Shown here: in pieces, positions 26,401-38,349 of the stretch | How positions within the stretch are numbered: the first letter of the stretch is position 1 | Layout: each line of letters begins with the position of its first letter | Notes under the pieces: model-generated | Told to the model about the DNA's origin: nothing | The model's database searches: none | What the model saw: the letters and a program-made list of their open reading frames with translations, nothing else | Made by a program: the position numbers and the translations under genes | NCBI GenBank assembly: GCA_022813965.1 | Contig: JALDZS010000020.1 | Span: 124,001-188,000 of the forward strand | Direction: 5' to 3' | From: Toensbergia leucococca | Taxonomy: Eukaryota | Length of the DNA: 64,000 nt

Positions 26401-27685
26401 TAAGATCATTATCATGGGAGTTATCAAATTATTTCACTATAAAAACGTAACTTGAAAGTACCATGACTTCTTTCTACCCCTGGTGAAGTGAGAAAAATGC
26501 ACGTGAGCCAGCATACCCATCATGAGGCACGAAGTAAATATTGAAAGATTCGAAATATCGAGAGTGCTATGCCACAGACGCTCTCCCACAAAACCAAGAC
26601 CTCCCCTCAGTGTCGATCTGTTCTAAAGCCCTTCGGACATTGACCTGAGCTCAGCTATCCCGAGCCTCTACGAACATGGATAGAATCCTTTCCACGTTGC
26701 GAACACGAGCTGGCCAGCCAGATCCCCGAACTTCATCACCTCTGAATGAGATGTGTTATTCCTTGAGGTGTCAGACCATTTTGCAAATAAATGCGAGAGG
26801 CAGTGTACATCGTTTGCTAGAAATTAGTGAATCATTAGTGGTGTGGAGGGAGGCGAGGAGAGTCTCTTGATGCCGGAGAGAAAGGGACAGGGTGATGGAT
26901 GATGTGCGAAGGCCGCCGGATGTAGATGAGGCCATACACGTTTTTGTGATCGGTGTAGAATACAGATGCGCTTGGCCATTTGAATTTGGTACATGGCCAA
27001 GGCGTTCCCTTTCATCACCTGCATTCCTACTCTTCTAGTGGCCACAGATCCCCTGCTGCTAAATGCTGTTGCGGGGTTGACGGTCGACTGAACGCGGTCA
27101 TGTTCTGAATATTGGCTGCAGTGCTCGGCCTCGAAATGAGATTCCAAAATCCAAGAGTCGGAGCAGCATTCAAATAGGCGTCAAAACAGTCCAAGGCAGA
27201 ATTCTTTTGATGAAATAACTAATAAATATGATACATAACTGATAAAATTGCTGAAAGATCAAGTACCTAGGAGAGAAACAAGCTATCTATAGGCAAGATA
27301 TAAGGGGTTTTCAGCCACACGTGATGTAACCTTGTGGATCCAAATCGGGTCCTTGATCGAAAACTTCAACATCTTTGAATCTTGATGTCTTATGTGAAAT
27401 GGTTAGATTCAAAGGCACCTGAGGATTCGGAACAGATTGCTTTGATGAGGGCTTAAGCCTCATCGCCATCACCATGAGCCTTTCAACAGGCACTAGCCTC
27501 AAAATTTTAGTCTGTTCAAGGAATTAAATGCATCTTTGTACCCTTGAGCGGAAATCAGTCAGGTTCATTGAGCGCCGAGAAGCTACACCTGCTGTTGACC
27601 GTGTCACTTGATATCAAATGCCTTTTCAGATAGGCATTCATCATTTCTCTCCCTACTAAGCTTCCTATGGCTAAACAATACCTTA

Positions 27686-30600
27686 TTATGTATGGGAAGG
27701 AGCGGCATCTTTACGTATATAACTTCCTCCTTCTACATTGGCATCAGCCCCAGCATCTAACAGCATTTGTATTACCTTCTCATGATTATTTACGGATGCT
27801 GCCTGTAGTGCATTGCCATACCGTCCTCCTTTAGCGTTGACGTCGGCCCCTTTATCCAGCAGTACCTGCACCACATCATCATAACCTCTGACTGCTGCTT
27901 CATGTAATCCGTTGCCATACCGTCCTCCTTCAGCCTTAATATCTAGGGGTGGTCTAATAATTGACGGCCGATCGCTTGGTGATTTCTCGCTAAACAGTCG
28001 GCCGTCAATTTCTTCCCCCCCCCTCGAATCATCAAAATTCGGTACGGGATGATGCAGTGCATCGAAAATGGGTCTCCAATGTTCAAGATTCGAAGTGAGA
28101 TTGACTTCTTCAAGATCCAGAGCAGGAGTTATTTCCACGATCCCCGGAGTGGGATTCAAATCATCCAGTCCCGGAGTGAAATTTGAGTCATCAAACAGCT
28201 GACTCCTAGGCAACATTAGGTTGGAATTCATCGTCACCACCGTAGCCCGCATTCATCAAAATATCTGGGGAGCAGAACCTAGCATACCCTTTGGTGTCGT
28301 ACCGTGAATCCGATAAAGGAGCAGGGGAGTGCAGCAAAGCATCTCCATGCGCGCTGGGAGGATTAGAAGAGACTAGAACATGCAGTGGGGCTACGTGAGA
28401 GATGGAAAGATCCCCGCTGGAAGCGTCGAAGGGCTACCATTGGCTTCCTTTCTCATCAACCGCCGCTGATGGAGACAATGGGGCAAGCAAATGCTCAGAA
28501 GGTGACTCCGTGTTTTGTGCATGATCGATATCCCGCGCATCGGATCGGTTCAAATTTGTGGAATGTTTAGCCTTGGCCCTGCGGTTTTGAAACCAATTCT
28601 ACGAGGTGATACCAGTCAAGTTGAAAACATTCAAGATAAGGAATGGTCTGAAGATATGACTTACATCAACCTTGACCATCGCCAGTCCCGTTTGTTGAGC
28701 TAGAGCTCTCTTCGTGCTCGTACTGGGCTTGGAGACAAGCTGGTAGGTTGCCTCTAAAGCACTCTTCTGTTCTTGGCTCATTGGATGATACAGAGGATGA
28801 TCGATAGGGGTAGATGGTGCATCGAAAGCTGGTCCCGTGGGTAAAAGGTTCGATGTTAAAAACGTTGCAGGCATCGATGGGCCATAGATTTTGCCTGGCG
28901 GCCGCTCAGGCTGCACATATATAGGATTTGACTTCTCGTCCAGCACACTACAAATATCAGTCAATCTCGTTTCGGCATCTTTACCTCTTCTTTTGAGTTC
29001 TTCATACCGGCGGGTGTCTGACTGGGATCTGGCCTCTTCCGGAATTGCGGTTGAGATAGTTGATAAAGTTAGTTGATCATTCGACTTGATATCATCAGGC
29101 TCCGCTCCATCATGTCTTTTGTCCATGAGTCGCTCATACCTCTTCCGGCATGCACTGGTTGTTTTGTGAGGGAAGTGCTTTAGAGCTATAGGAGCCCAAT
29201 CTAGACCTTGTGAACGTGCCTGGAGCAGCAGTGCATCGTCCGCTTGAGTCCAAGCCACTTGAGACCAAGCCGTAGATACTCTATTGATTGACTTGGTACT
29301 TGGCGACAAAGCTCTCTGAATAGCTGCTTGAGGGGTGGGTTCGTAACGCCGTTTGGGGGCAATAGCAGGCGCCGGTGGAGGACCCATAGCATCTCTACGT
29401 TTGATCCTAGCGTCGGCGTCGAGAGCTGCCTGTTCGATGGACAACTTTCCTTGCTCCACGAGTCGAGAGTAGTAGTTCTTTACCTAAAGAATTATCACGT
29501 TAGCTACTTGTCGGTCGTCCCAATGACTTGGAAGAAGAAGCCTGGTTGAGCATTTACCATGATTTGCGACTTCGACTTCAAGTGATTAGCAATGGCTTGC
29601 CAATCGGACCCAAACTGGCCGATCAACTTCGGAAAGTCTTGTTGCTCCGGTACAGACCAGTCATTTGAAGTCTGAACGCCTGTGTTGAGGTCAATTTCAT
29701 CTATTTCACTGTTTCTGCGGTGGTTACTGCCGTGTTGATTTGGATCAACAATTTCGGATGCAGAATTCACATAGTTATCGCTCCGCCCTTCACTTTGATG
29801 GACTGGATTTATATCATAGAGCTCGAATAAGTCTCCCTCTTCTATCCAATCATTGAACCGCGAATAAATTCCTTTGAAGTGGACACGGCGAAGGTGTGCA
29901 GCAGCATTGTTGCGTGCTCCGTATTTCTTGCCGGCATTACATGCCTTACACTCAGACAGTGCCCTCTTTTCTTCAGAAACATCGACGCAGGCCCAGAACT
30001 TGCTTATTGTGCCATGTATCTTGAAGTGCTCACGGAATTCACTGTCATTTCGAAAGCCGCCCAGGATGTCATCACACAAATCACAGAAGATCTGACCATC
30101 TACAGAGATCTTTGTAAAAGGACTAAGCTCATCTTTCTTTCTGGTCTTCAAACTTGTCAGCAATGGACCCTTCCTTTGAGATACTGTCCTATGAGCAACT
30201 CTCGGGACCGAAAATTGAGCCCCTGAATCTCCTGAGGAACTGCTGATAGTATTTGAGACAGGAGCGCTCGAGACAACGCTGTCAACATCTGAATCCGATT
30301 CGGCCTCCCAGGGTATCGCTGAAAGGGACAATTCTTCCAAATGATGCGAGACATGCCCAATGAATTTGCTAGAAGTAGGTGTCTTGCCGCAGAAGGGGCA
30401 TTGCTGATGTTCGAGATCCCGTAGACTCTGTTGTTCCGAGGCATTGATGATAGTCACAACGTAAGCCGCTGGGATACCGGAGTGCGCCATTTCAATGTGA
30501 CTCTCAAAATCAGCTTTATTTGATTTGGTTTCTCCGCAATCCCTGCAGCGCCATGTGTTAATGTATCGATGTGAGTCTGCAAGATGGGCTGCAAACTCCT

Positions 30601-31796
30601 TGCGAGAAATGAACGCTGTTTGGATGTTGCATTCAGCAACTATACAATCGTATGCTTGAAGATCAGAATAGACGTGGCGCCTAGATGCCATTAGTAAGCA
30701 GGTTCGAAAGGACGATAGTAAAGACTTGCCTCCATTGGAGCTTGTTGTTCACGTCGTGGACGGAATCTCCACATACGGTACAAGTGAACGCTTTGCCCGG
30801 AAGGTTCTTCAATGGAAGCGGTGGCAATCTGACATGGCCACCTTCGATATCAGCTCTGCTTGACATGAAAGATTGGTACGAAGCTTGTGAAGCAGCATAT
30901 TTCGATGCTGTCTTCAGCGTTGTGCCTAGCCCTGAGTCGTTGAAGTCGTTCTGCCTTCCCACCTGGTCCACTCGGACAGTCAGATTCTCGTCGTCGGATG
31001 AAGATTTGGCACGGGCAAGGGTTTCGGCTGCTCCTCTTAGAGTCTCGCGCACCCAGTTGTGCCTCTGCCAGCTTGCTATACCAAGTCGCTCGACCAAACG
31101 TGCATCCAACGAAGGAAACCTATCCTTGATCTTCCTGCAGTAATGACTCGCAGGACCATTTGGACTCAGCTCTTCTTCGTTGCTCGCGTACGAAGCCACA
31201 TGGTCTTGATTCTCGAGGCTAGCGGCAATGTCGTCGAGCGTCGGTACTATTTCGTGTAATAGGTCAATGTTACTTTTCAAGTCTTCGACAACATCTTTCA
31301 CAGAGTCTTCATCGAAGATACTGCTATCGAGCTGGATACCAATGTCATCAAGTGCATTGAGAAGTTTGGAGACATCGTCTTGATGATCATCTCGCAGACT
31401 GCTCGTTCGCCACTGCTCGTGCGGCCAAGCTGGCAGTGCAAGGAGTCCTGAAGGACAAGCATGTCAAAGCGTGAATGCGAACAGATGGGGAGCTGAGCAC
31501 GCACGCCTGCAAAGTAACTGACATACATTGCCGATATATGCCAGCACTCCGTCCCGAAATTCCTTGGATGATGCGACCATCAGGCGGTCGAGCCGGCCAG
31601 CGCCGGCATCATAGTGGTTGCCCCATAACAGGTAGCTCTCCAACTCACTACTGAAAGCCTTGATGATGCTGGGGCTCCATTCGGACTTGTCGACAACGTC
31701 GCGGCAGACGCGGAATAGCTCGAGGGAGCTCAGAAACAAGCTTCCCGCCAATCCAATTTCACTCGACCGCACCTCACTTGTTCCCCCATGCGACAT
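27686..31796 (-). CDS. Mosaic multidomain protein: helical N-terminus + C2H2 zinc fingers (AcuF-like type) + DUF7896-like Zn domain + Snt1-like SANT + Myb + homeodomain + ankyrin repeats; in-frame TAG at 28434-28436 before the ankyrin exon
   Basis: In-frame introns at 31504-31448, 30729-30681 (GC-AG), 29557-29484, 28664-28599 and 28287-28206. Motifs: WRRHVYSDLQAYDC, CPFC..HVSHHLEELSL, NAAAHLRRVHF, WSVPEQQDF..IM|VKNYY, ACRKRYERL, KVD|NWFQNRRAKAK, GADVNAKGGRYGNALQAAS. Confidence 0.8.
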
Positions 31797-32102
31797 GATT
31801 GAATGGTCGCTTGACGATACCGGACATGTGTAGGCAACGCGTGTTACTCAAAGGTAGGGAGGTAGGGTAGATGATCTAACATCATGGCTGTGGCATGAAA
31901 TCTGCCTGAAGTGTGCCTCAGTCCCAATGTCAGTGGCGCAGCACTGTCCCACCCACCGAGCCACCTTCCTGCAGCAAGGCTACGGAATATTGGCGTCTCG
32001 AGCATGTCAAAGATCTTGTTATTGAAAGTAGCTCAATGTCTCTTGCTACATTGTCTACAAATCTGGTCAATACTGACATTGTTCCGACCTTCTCTAGCAG
32101 CA

Positions 32103-34001
32103 ATGGAGGCAGCCGGCCTTATACTGGGCGTTCTCCCGTTAGTCGTTTCTACTATTGAGCACTATGACTTCTTCGCACCGTTCATTTGCCATTGCGCTTT
32201 TATGCGCGAACTCCAGAACTTTCGGAGAAAATTGGATGCGAGAAAACTCTTATTTAGAAATGAATGCCGCCTACTGCTCGAAGTACTCGTTCAAGAGGAA
32301 CTCATTGAAGAGATGTTTAGGGAAGGTTCCACCCACCCGTCCTGGACAGACATGGACCTCAATGAACGCGTGAGGCTGTATCTCGGAGAGTCTCACGAAG
32401 CTTGTGTGGATATGATGGCGGCAATAGAAGATTGCATCGACCAATTGAGGCAGAAAACACAAGGACTCAGTGCAGTCTTATCGCCAAAAGCAGACGTATG
32501 TCGCCTGCTCTGATTCAACGGAAATGGCTGATTACTACAGTGCGAATCTATTGGGGACAAGCAATGGCGTCAGCGAGTGGGGAGTTATATAAAAGTAGCA
32601 TTCCGCAAGAAGGGACTTGACAATGACCTTGAAGCTTTGAAGGATCTCAACGGAGACCTAAGAGAGCTTACTCGACAGATTCGAGAATTAAAGGAAGGGC
32701 AACAGAGGCGAGCCCAGCTATCAACAAATCGGCAGGCTATAGCCAGGAGATCTGATCTCTCCGGATTTCAAACAGTCCGAAAGACTAGTGAAAACCTGTA
32801 CCGAGCCCTTGACAGAGTCTCGTCTTGCTTGGCACACAAGGAGCATTCAGCAACGCTTTGCATCGACGCGATGCCTTTACAGGAATCGAAAATCTCCCGT
32901 GTTAGGTTCAACATGGCGTTTGGCGCTAATAATTCGGGCGGGCCAGTGTGGATCAACATCGAGTCGACCGTAACCGGCAACACGGCCGAGGGTACAGTCC
33001 AAGTGGTTCAGAGCTTGCCTGAAGGCCGCACTATGGTAGCAGGTTTGAAGAGGCAGCTCGAATCTTCGGTTGTGGACACTGCGACGTTGGCCAAGCTATC
33101 GAAGACTACAGAGTCACTAGAAAGCTGCAGTCGGGAGACATGCACTACCTCGCTCGAGCAGAAGTCGCAAAAAATATCGAGGTCTCCAGAAAACGTTATG
33201 GGAACCGGGCTACAGCATACAGATGAATTTGGTATCCCTGACCTTTCGATACGAAACTTCTGCTTCCATATCCAGCAGAACACTCATCATGGTACCCACG
33301 AAAGAGATGTCTGTGCCGGATTCCTACGGGATGGACTCTGTGATCACCTTCTTTACCTGCCACCTCGGTCTAGTCATCCTAAACAAGAATCTCAATCCTT
33401 AGCACACATCATCTCTTCAATATCAGACGACTGGCCACTCTCTAGCTACTCTCGAATTGAGCGCATCCGGCTTGCGAAGCTGCTTGCAAAGGCGGTCCTT
33501 GAGTACCACGATACTCCATGGCTTCAAGAGTCTTGGCGAAGCCAAGATGTCCAGTTCTTCGTGGAGCATTCTAGGCCTCTAGCGGCCCTCGATACGCCAC
33601 ACCTAACTGTACGCTTTCCAAGCTTCAGCAAGACTCCGCCGAGACAAAGTCAATCCTTTGTGGAGAATAACACTCTATTCGGTCTCGCGATCATATTTCT
33701 AGAACTAGACTTTGAGAAGCTTCTATCACACATGCGGCTACCCGGTGACGTGGTAGAAAATTCTCCGCGAGACACTGAGTTCAGGACGGCTGCCCGACTA
33801 GCGAAGTCAACATCTCCAGGTCTAGGTCCTGACTTCCGCAAGATTGTTCGAAAATGCTTGCGCTGTAATTTTGGCATCGACGAGACGGATCTCACCAAGT
33901 CGGAAGAGCTCAAGAGCAAGATTCATGAAGAGGTGATATGCGGATTAGAGGATCTCGAGCGGACACTTGCGAGCTGTACCCTCGTTGACTCGCGAGGCTG
34001 A
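32103..34001 (+). CDS. HeLo-like N-terminal helical domain + DUF7580-type kinase-like C-terminal domain protein
   Basis: MEAAGLILGVLPLVVSTIEHY N-terminus; intron 32496-32540 in frame; C-terminal RIRLAKLLAKAVLEYHDTPWLQESWRSQDV, NNTLFGLAIIFLEL, FRKIVRKCLRCNFG. Confidence 0.82.
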
Positions 34002-34937
34002 ATATGAAACAAACGGCTGCTTATCAGACTTTGCGGACCGGACTCCTTCATCTAACGATCTTAACAGACAACCCGCATCAGCTTGTGTAGAAAGCACAGT
34101 CCCATAATCATGCAGGGCTGGTGACCGGCTGAAGATATAATAAGCCACTTTCCGACTTAATGCTACAGTATTTGACGATGAGTTTACGACTTTGCGCCTC
34201 GTCATCTATTCGAAGTCCACTAGAGTTCTCCATGGCGCTGGCCGTACCGACGGAATTTGTCAATCCATGTTGAGCCATAGGCTTGAGCACCATGGGGCTT
34301 CTTCACAAGTCTAATTCATCCTGAAGGCCCACCGTATACTGGATCGGCTATCTGGTTAGGTCTTTGCTTTCAGAGAACTATCTCGCAAGACCTCATAACC
34401 TCTCACACCACAATTGACAGGTCAAAGAATAGAATAAGATTAAAAATCCAGTGCTACACACGCAAGATAAAATCCCACCATGTTATCTTTCAACTTGGTT
34501 CACAGCTATCATGAACTCAATCTAACACCATCCCAAAACTTTGGGATGCAAGCTTTTTCCCCTCACTCGCCTCTGCATATTTTGGCTTCTTGGTACAAAA
34601 AATGGGGTACGAGTAGGTGGTGGTAACCCCCCGATGAAACGCCTGGCAAAACTCCGTCCGATCACGACATGTCACAAAAGAACATGATCGAACAGGTAGC
34701 TGACGATGTGATCGACGAGTAGAGAGTCGGAAGATTCCCTAATTTGGGGTAGAGTAGGGGCCAAATAACCCAACGAACCTCGAGACATAAGATGTAGAAA
34801 CCGAAAGGTTCGAGGTTCTGAAGATCCAGCTTTTTCTAAATACCTAGATATTATATAATATATATAAACATACACCAATCCCCCACAATTCTCCCCAAAC
34901 TCCTCCAGCTCCCCCAAAGAAAGTAAATAGATTCTAT

Positions 34938-37900
34938 CTATGCCCATCCCCCCACCAACCCCAAAACCCCTATTCCGACCCCAAGCACCAAAACCGCAAT
35001 CCTCGGTACCTCCACCTTCGCCCCCGCACCCGTGAACCCTTCCACCCCCGCTGTCGACGTAGCGCTCGGCCCGACCGTGCCAAATCCAGACATGATCACC
35101 GGACCCAAGCCCGTGGCCGCCGACGTCAGGGGAATCGTACTAGTACCGATGACCAAGCCCGCCGTACCCAGAGAGACGGGAGTCCCGGAAATAGTGACAC
35201 CCGCGCCGCCGGGCGTGAGGGTCGTGCCGTCGATTGAGAAGCCAGTTGGGTTAGGCGTGAAGGTCTGGCCGTCGATGGTGTAGACTGAGGGGGATGGGAG
35301 AGCGATGGTGCTCGTGCCGATGACGAGGCCTGCAATGCCAAGAGAGATGGGGGTACCAGATATTGTAATCCCGGCGCCGCCGGGTGTGAGGGTCGTGCCG
35401 TCAATTGAAAAGCCTGTCGGGTTTGGCGTGAATGTTTCGCCGGCGACGGTGAAGACTGAGGCCGGGGTCAGTAGAGGGATGGTGCTTGTGCCGATTACAA
35501 GGCCCGAGGGACCGAGGGAGATGGGGGTTCCGGAAATTGTGAGGCCGGGGCCGTTGGGGGTAAGGGTCGTGCCATCGATGGAGAAACCTGTTGGATTGGG
35601 GCTGAATGTTTGGCCGCCTATGGTTAGGACGGAGGAGGTTGGTAAAGGAATTGTACTTGTGCCGACTACGAGCCCTGAGGGACCGAGGGAGATTGGGGTG
35701 CCTGATATTGTAAGCGCTGGGCCGCCTGGAGTGAGTGTTGTACCGGCTATGGCGAATCCAGGACCGGATGGGTTTGCAGTGAAAGTTTGGCCGTCTACTG
35801 CGAGGACGGATGGTGCAGACTGTGGTAGTTGCATGGTGCTAGTGCCGATGACGAGGCCAGATGCTCCTAAAGATACTGGCGTACCGGATACTGTAATCGC
35901 TGGCGATCCGGGAGAAAGCGTTGTACCTAGAATTGAGAAACCCGTTGGGTTTGCGGTGAAGACCTGACCGCCGACTGAGAAGACGGAAGAGGGTGGTAAT
36001 TGGACCGTGCTGGAACCGATGACAACACCAGCTGTTCCTAGAGAAACCGGCGTGCCCGAGATTGTAATACCGGCCCCACCTTGAGAGATGGTTGTGCCTG
36101 CGATTGAAAAGCCTGTGGGATTGGCAGTAAAAGTTTCCCCTCCCACAGCAAGGACTGATGGATTGGTTGGCATGGGTATTGGTATCGTACTTGCTCCAAC
36201 AACAAGAGCTGATGTTCCCAAGGAGACAGGTATCCCTGCAATCGTGACCGGAGCTGCGCCTGGAATGATAGTGTTGGTGCCAATGACCGCCCCTGAAGCA
36301 TAGATTGTAGCATCTTGTCCGCCAACGACAATCGGGGAAGGATTTGCTTGGTCTTGGGATTGCACAGCAGAAAATGTCAAGCCAGCTACAACTGTGGGAC
36401 TAGGATTCTGCTGTTGCTGAGGTGCTTGCGAGACTGGAGCTGCAACAGTGCCAACATAGACTGAACCACTTGCGAAAGCTACGGGGCTTCCATTAAGGGT
36501 GATAGAAGGTCCGTTCTCATTTAGAGTTTGGCCTTGGACGACAACTTGATGATCGCTAGAGCCTGGATCTTCAGCTGCTTGTGTTGGCGCAGGCTGTTGT
36601 TGTTCAGGGGTAACGGCAGATGTCACTCCCATGTAGGTGAGGACAGAACCTCCAGGATTCGTTGTTGTGATGACGACAGCGCTTGCTTGAGGCTGTGAAC
36701 CAGCAGGGGCCCAATTGGATCCAACAGACTGACCTTGTTGAGAACCAGATCCAGGGTCAGAGGGGCTTGAAGGTTGTGTGTTGCCATTGTTTGAACCTGC
36801 AGGATCTGCAGGTACTGCTGTAGATGGATCACCACTAAAAGGTGATGCAGGTTTTGCTGACTCCGTAGAAGGATCATTCAACGAGGTATTTGGATCCACT
36901 GGTATTGTGGGAGGATCGCTTGACGACGTGGCAGGATCTGCAGGTGTCGCTGGGGATGGCTCACCACTGTTAGAGGTTGCAGGGTCTGCTGATGGCGAGG
37001 GAGGATCATTCGGCGTTGGAGCTGGATCCGCTGGGGTGGTAGAAGCGGGAGGTGGATCATTACTTTTTGAAGTAGTGGGATCTTTTGGTGCTGCTGGGGG
37101 ATCATTTGGTGTCGAAGTAGGGGTAGTATCGGGCAATGGGGTAGTTGACGTCTGAACTGGTCCTGCGGGTGTGGGTGTAGGTTGAGGCTTTGCTGTCTGC
37201 GGTGCCTGTGTAGCCGGGAGTAATGCTGCAACAGGGGTCAAGGCGTGGGGTGGATCCCATCCTTCGTACTCATCTATAAGACAGTTGTGCCAGGATGGGT
37301 CCAAAGTTGCTATACCTGGAGGTGGTGCAATGAAAGGCGCCCATGGGTAACCCTCCCCGCCCTGCGGAAGCGGAGTTGTTGGAGCACATGGAAGTGTTGC
37401 AAAGTTGAAAGGTTTCGTGGAGTAGATAGCAGCTCGTGTCGGGTTTGCCATGGTCCAGTCTACTGTGCTCACGTCCTCAGGCGCGAGAGCGAAAGTCAAA
37501 GATGTGTATTTAGCTCCAATTTGTACGCATTCATTTATTGCACTGACTGTAGAAATAATTACGTAAACTGATGGGGAGGTGCTACAATAGTCATCAGCAT
37601 GTCATTCTACCAAACATGAGGGTGTTGAAATACTATGTGAACCCATCGGCACCAACTGCAACACTCCCTGTTGCGTTCAAGATTGTATGATCGCGAATTC
37701 TAAGGGGATTTGGATCCGTTGTAATCTGCGTAGGGAAAGCTGTCCATGGAGTAGTTGTAAATGTCGGGACATCTGGGCAGCTGCGATTTGCAGCGGGCCA
37801 GAAATACACTAGAAATTGACATTGGGGTTAGAATGTCTTGCGGTATTTTTGGCGTTCAATAAGTAGAATATCACAAACCCTGAACTACTGGGAATATAAT

Positions 37901-38349
37901 GCTGCATTGGCCGCAACAACTGTCATAAGGCGATCGAGTGTTTGTAAAAACACCGCTTTCAGTGGTGACTCCATCCGGTGTAGTGGCACCTGAGGCATAG
38001 ATGCCGAAGGTAAATGTCTGTGTAGTGGTTTGGACGGAGCCAGAAGCTTCAATTTCAGAAAGCCATTGCGCAGAGCAAGCAGGGCTTTCAAGCCAACTCC
38101 AGTCTGTGATGGACGCAGGCGAGCTCCCAGTACCGTTGGAAGTGGCTGATGAGTACGACGATGTAGAAGAGCTAAGAGATGACGATAGCGTAGTATTATA
38201 CTGAGTGCCGTTTATATAGAGACCTTCAATCGAAATCAGTTATGATGAGACAATGGCACTAGAAGCCGAAAGTGCACCTACCCGGGGTGAGTTGTAAAAA
38301 GAAGGAATTCAGGAGAATAGGCCAAAAGAATGAAGCTCCAAGTGTGCAT
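34938..38349 (-). CDS. Secreted, probably GPI-anchored cell-wall/adhesin-like protein with Gly/Thr-rich ~57-aa repeats
   Basis: Hydrophobic N-terminal exon (MHTWSFILLAY..), Cys-containing N-region over several exons, Pro/Thr/Ser linker, seven repeats like GGQTFTANPTGFSIxGTTLTPGGxxITISGTPISLG, hydrophobic C-terminal tail. The 5' exon structure is approximate. Confidence 0.8.

Noticed and set aside
35032..37155. Long + strand ORFs with apparent repeats
   Set aside because: Antisense shadows of the repeat-rich GPI protein.
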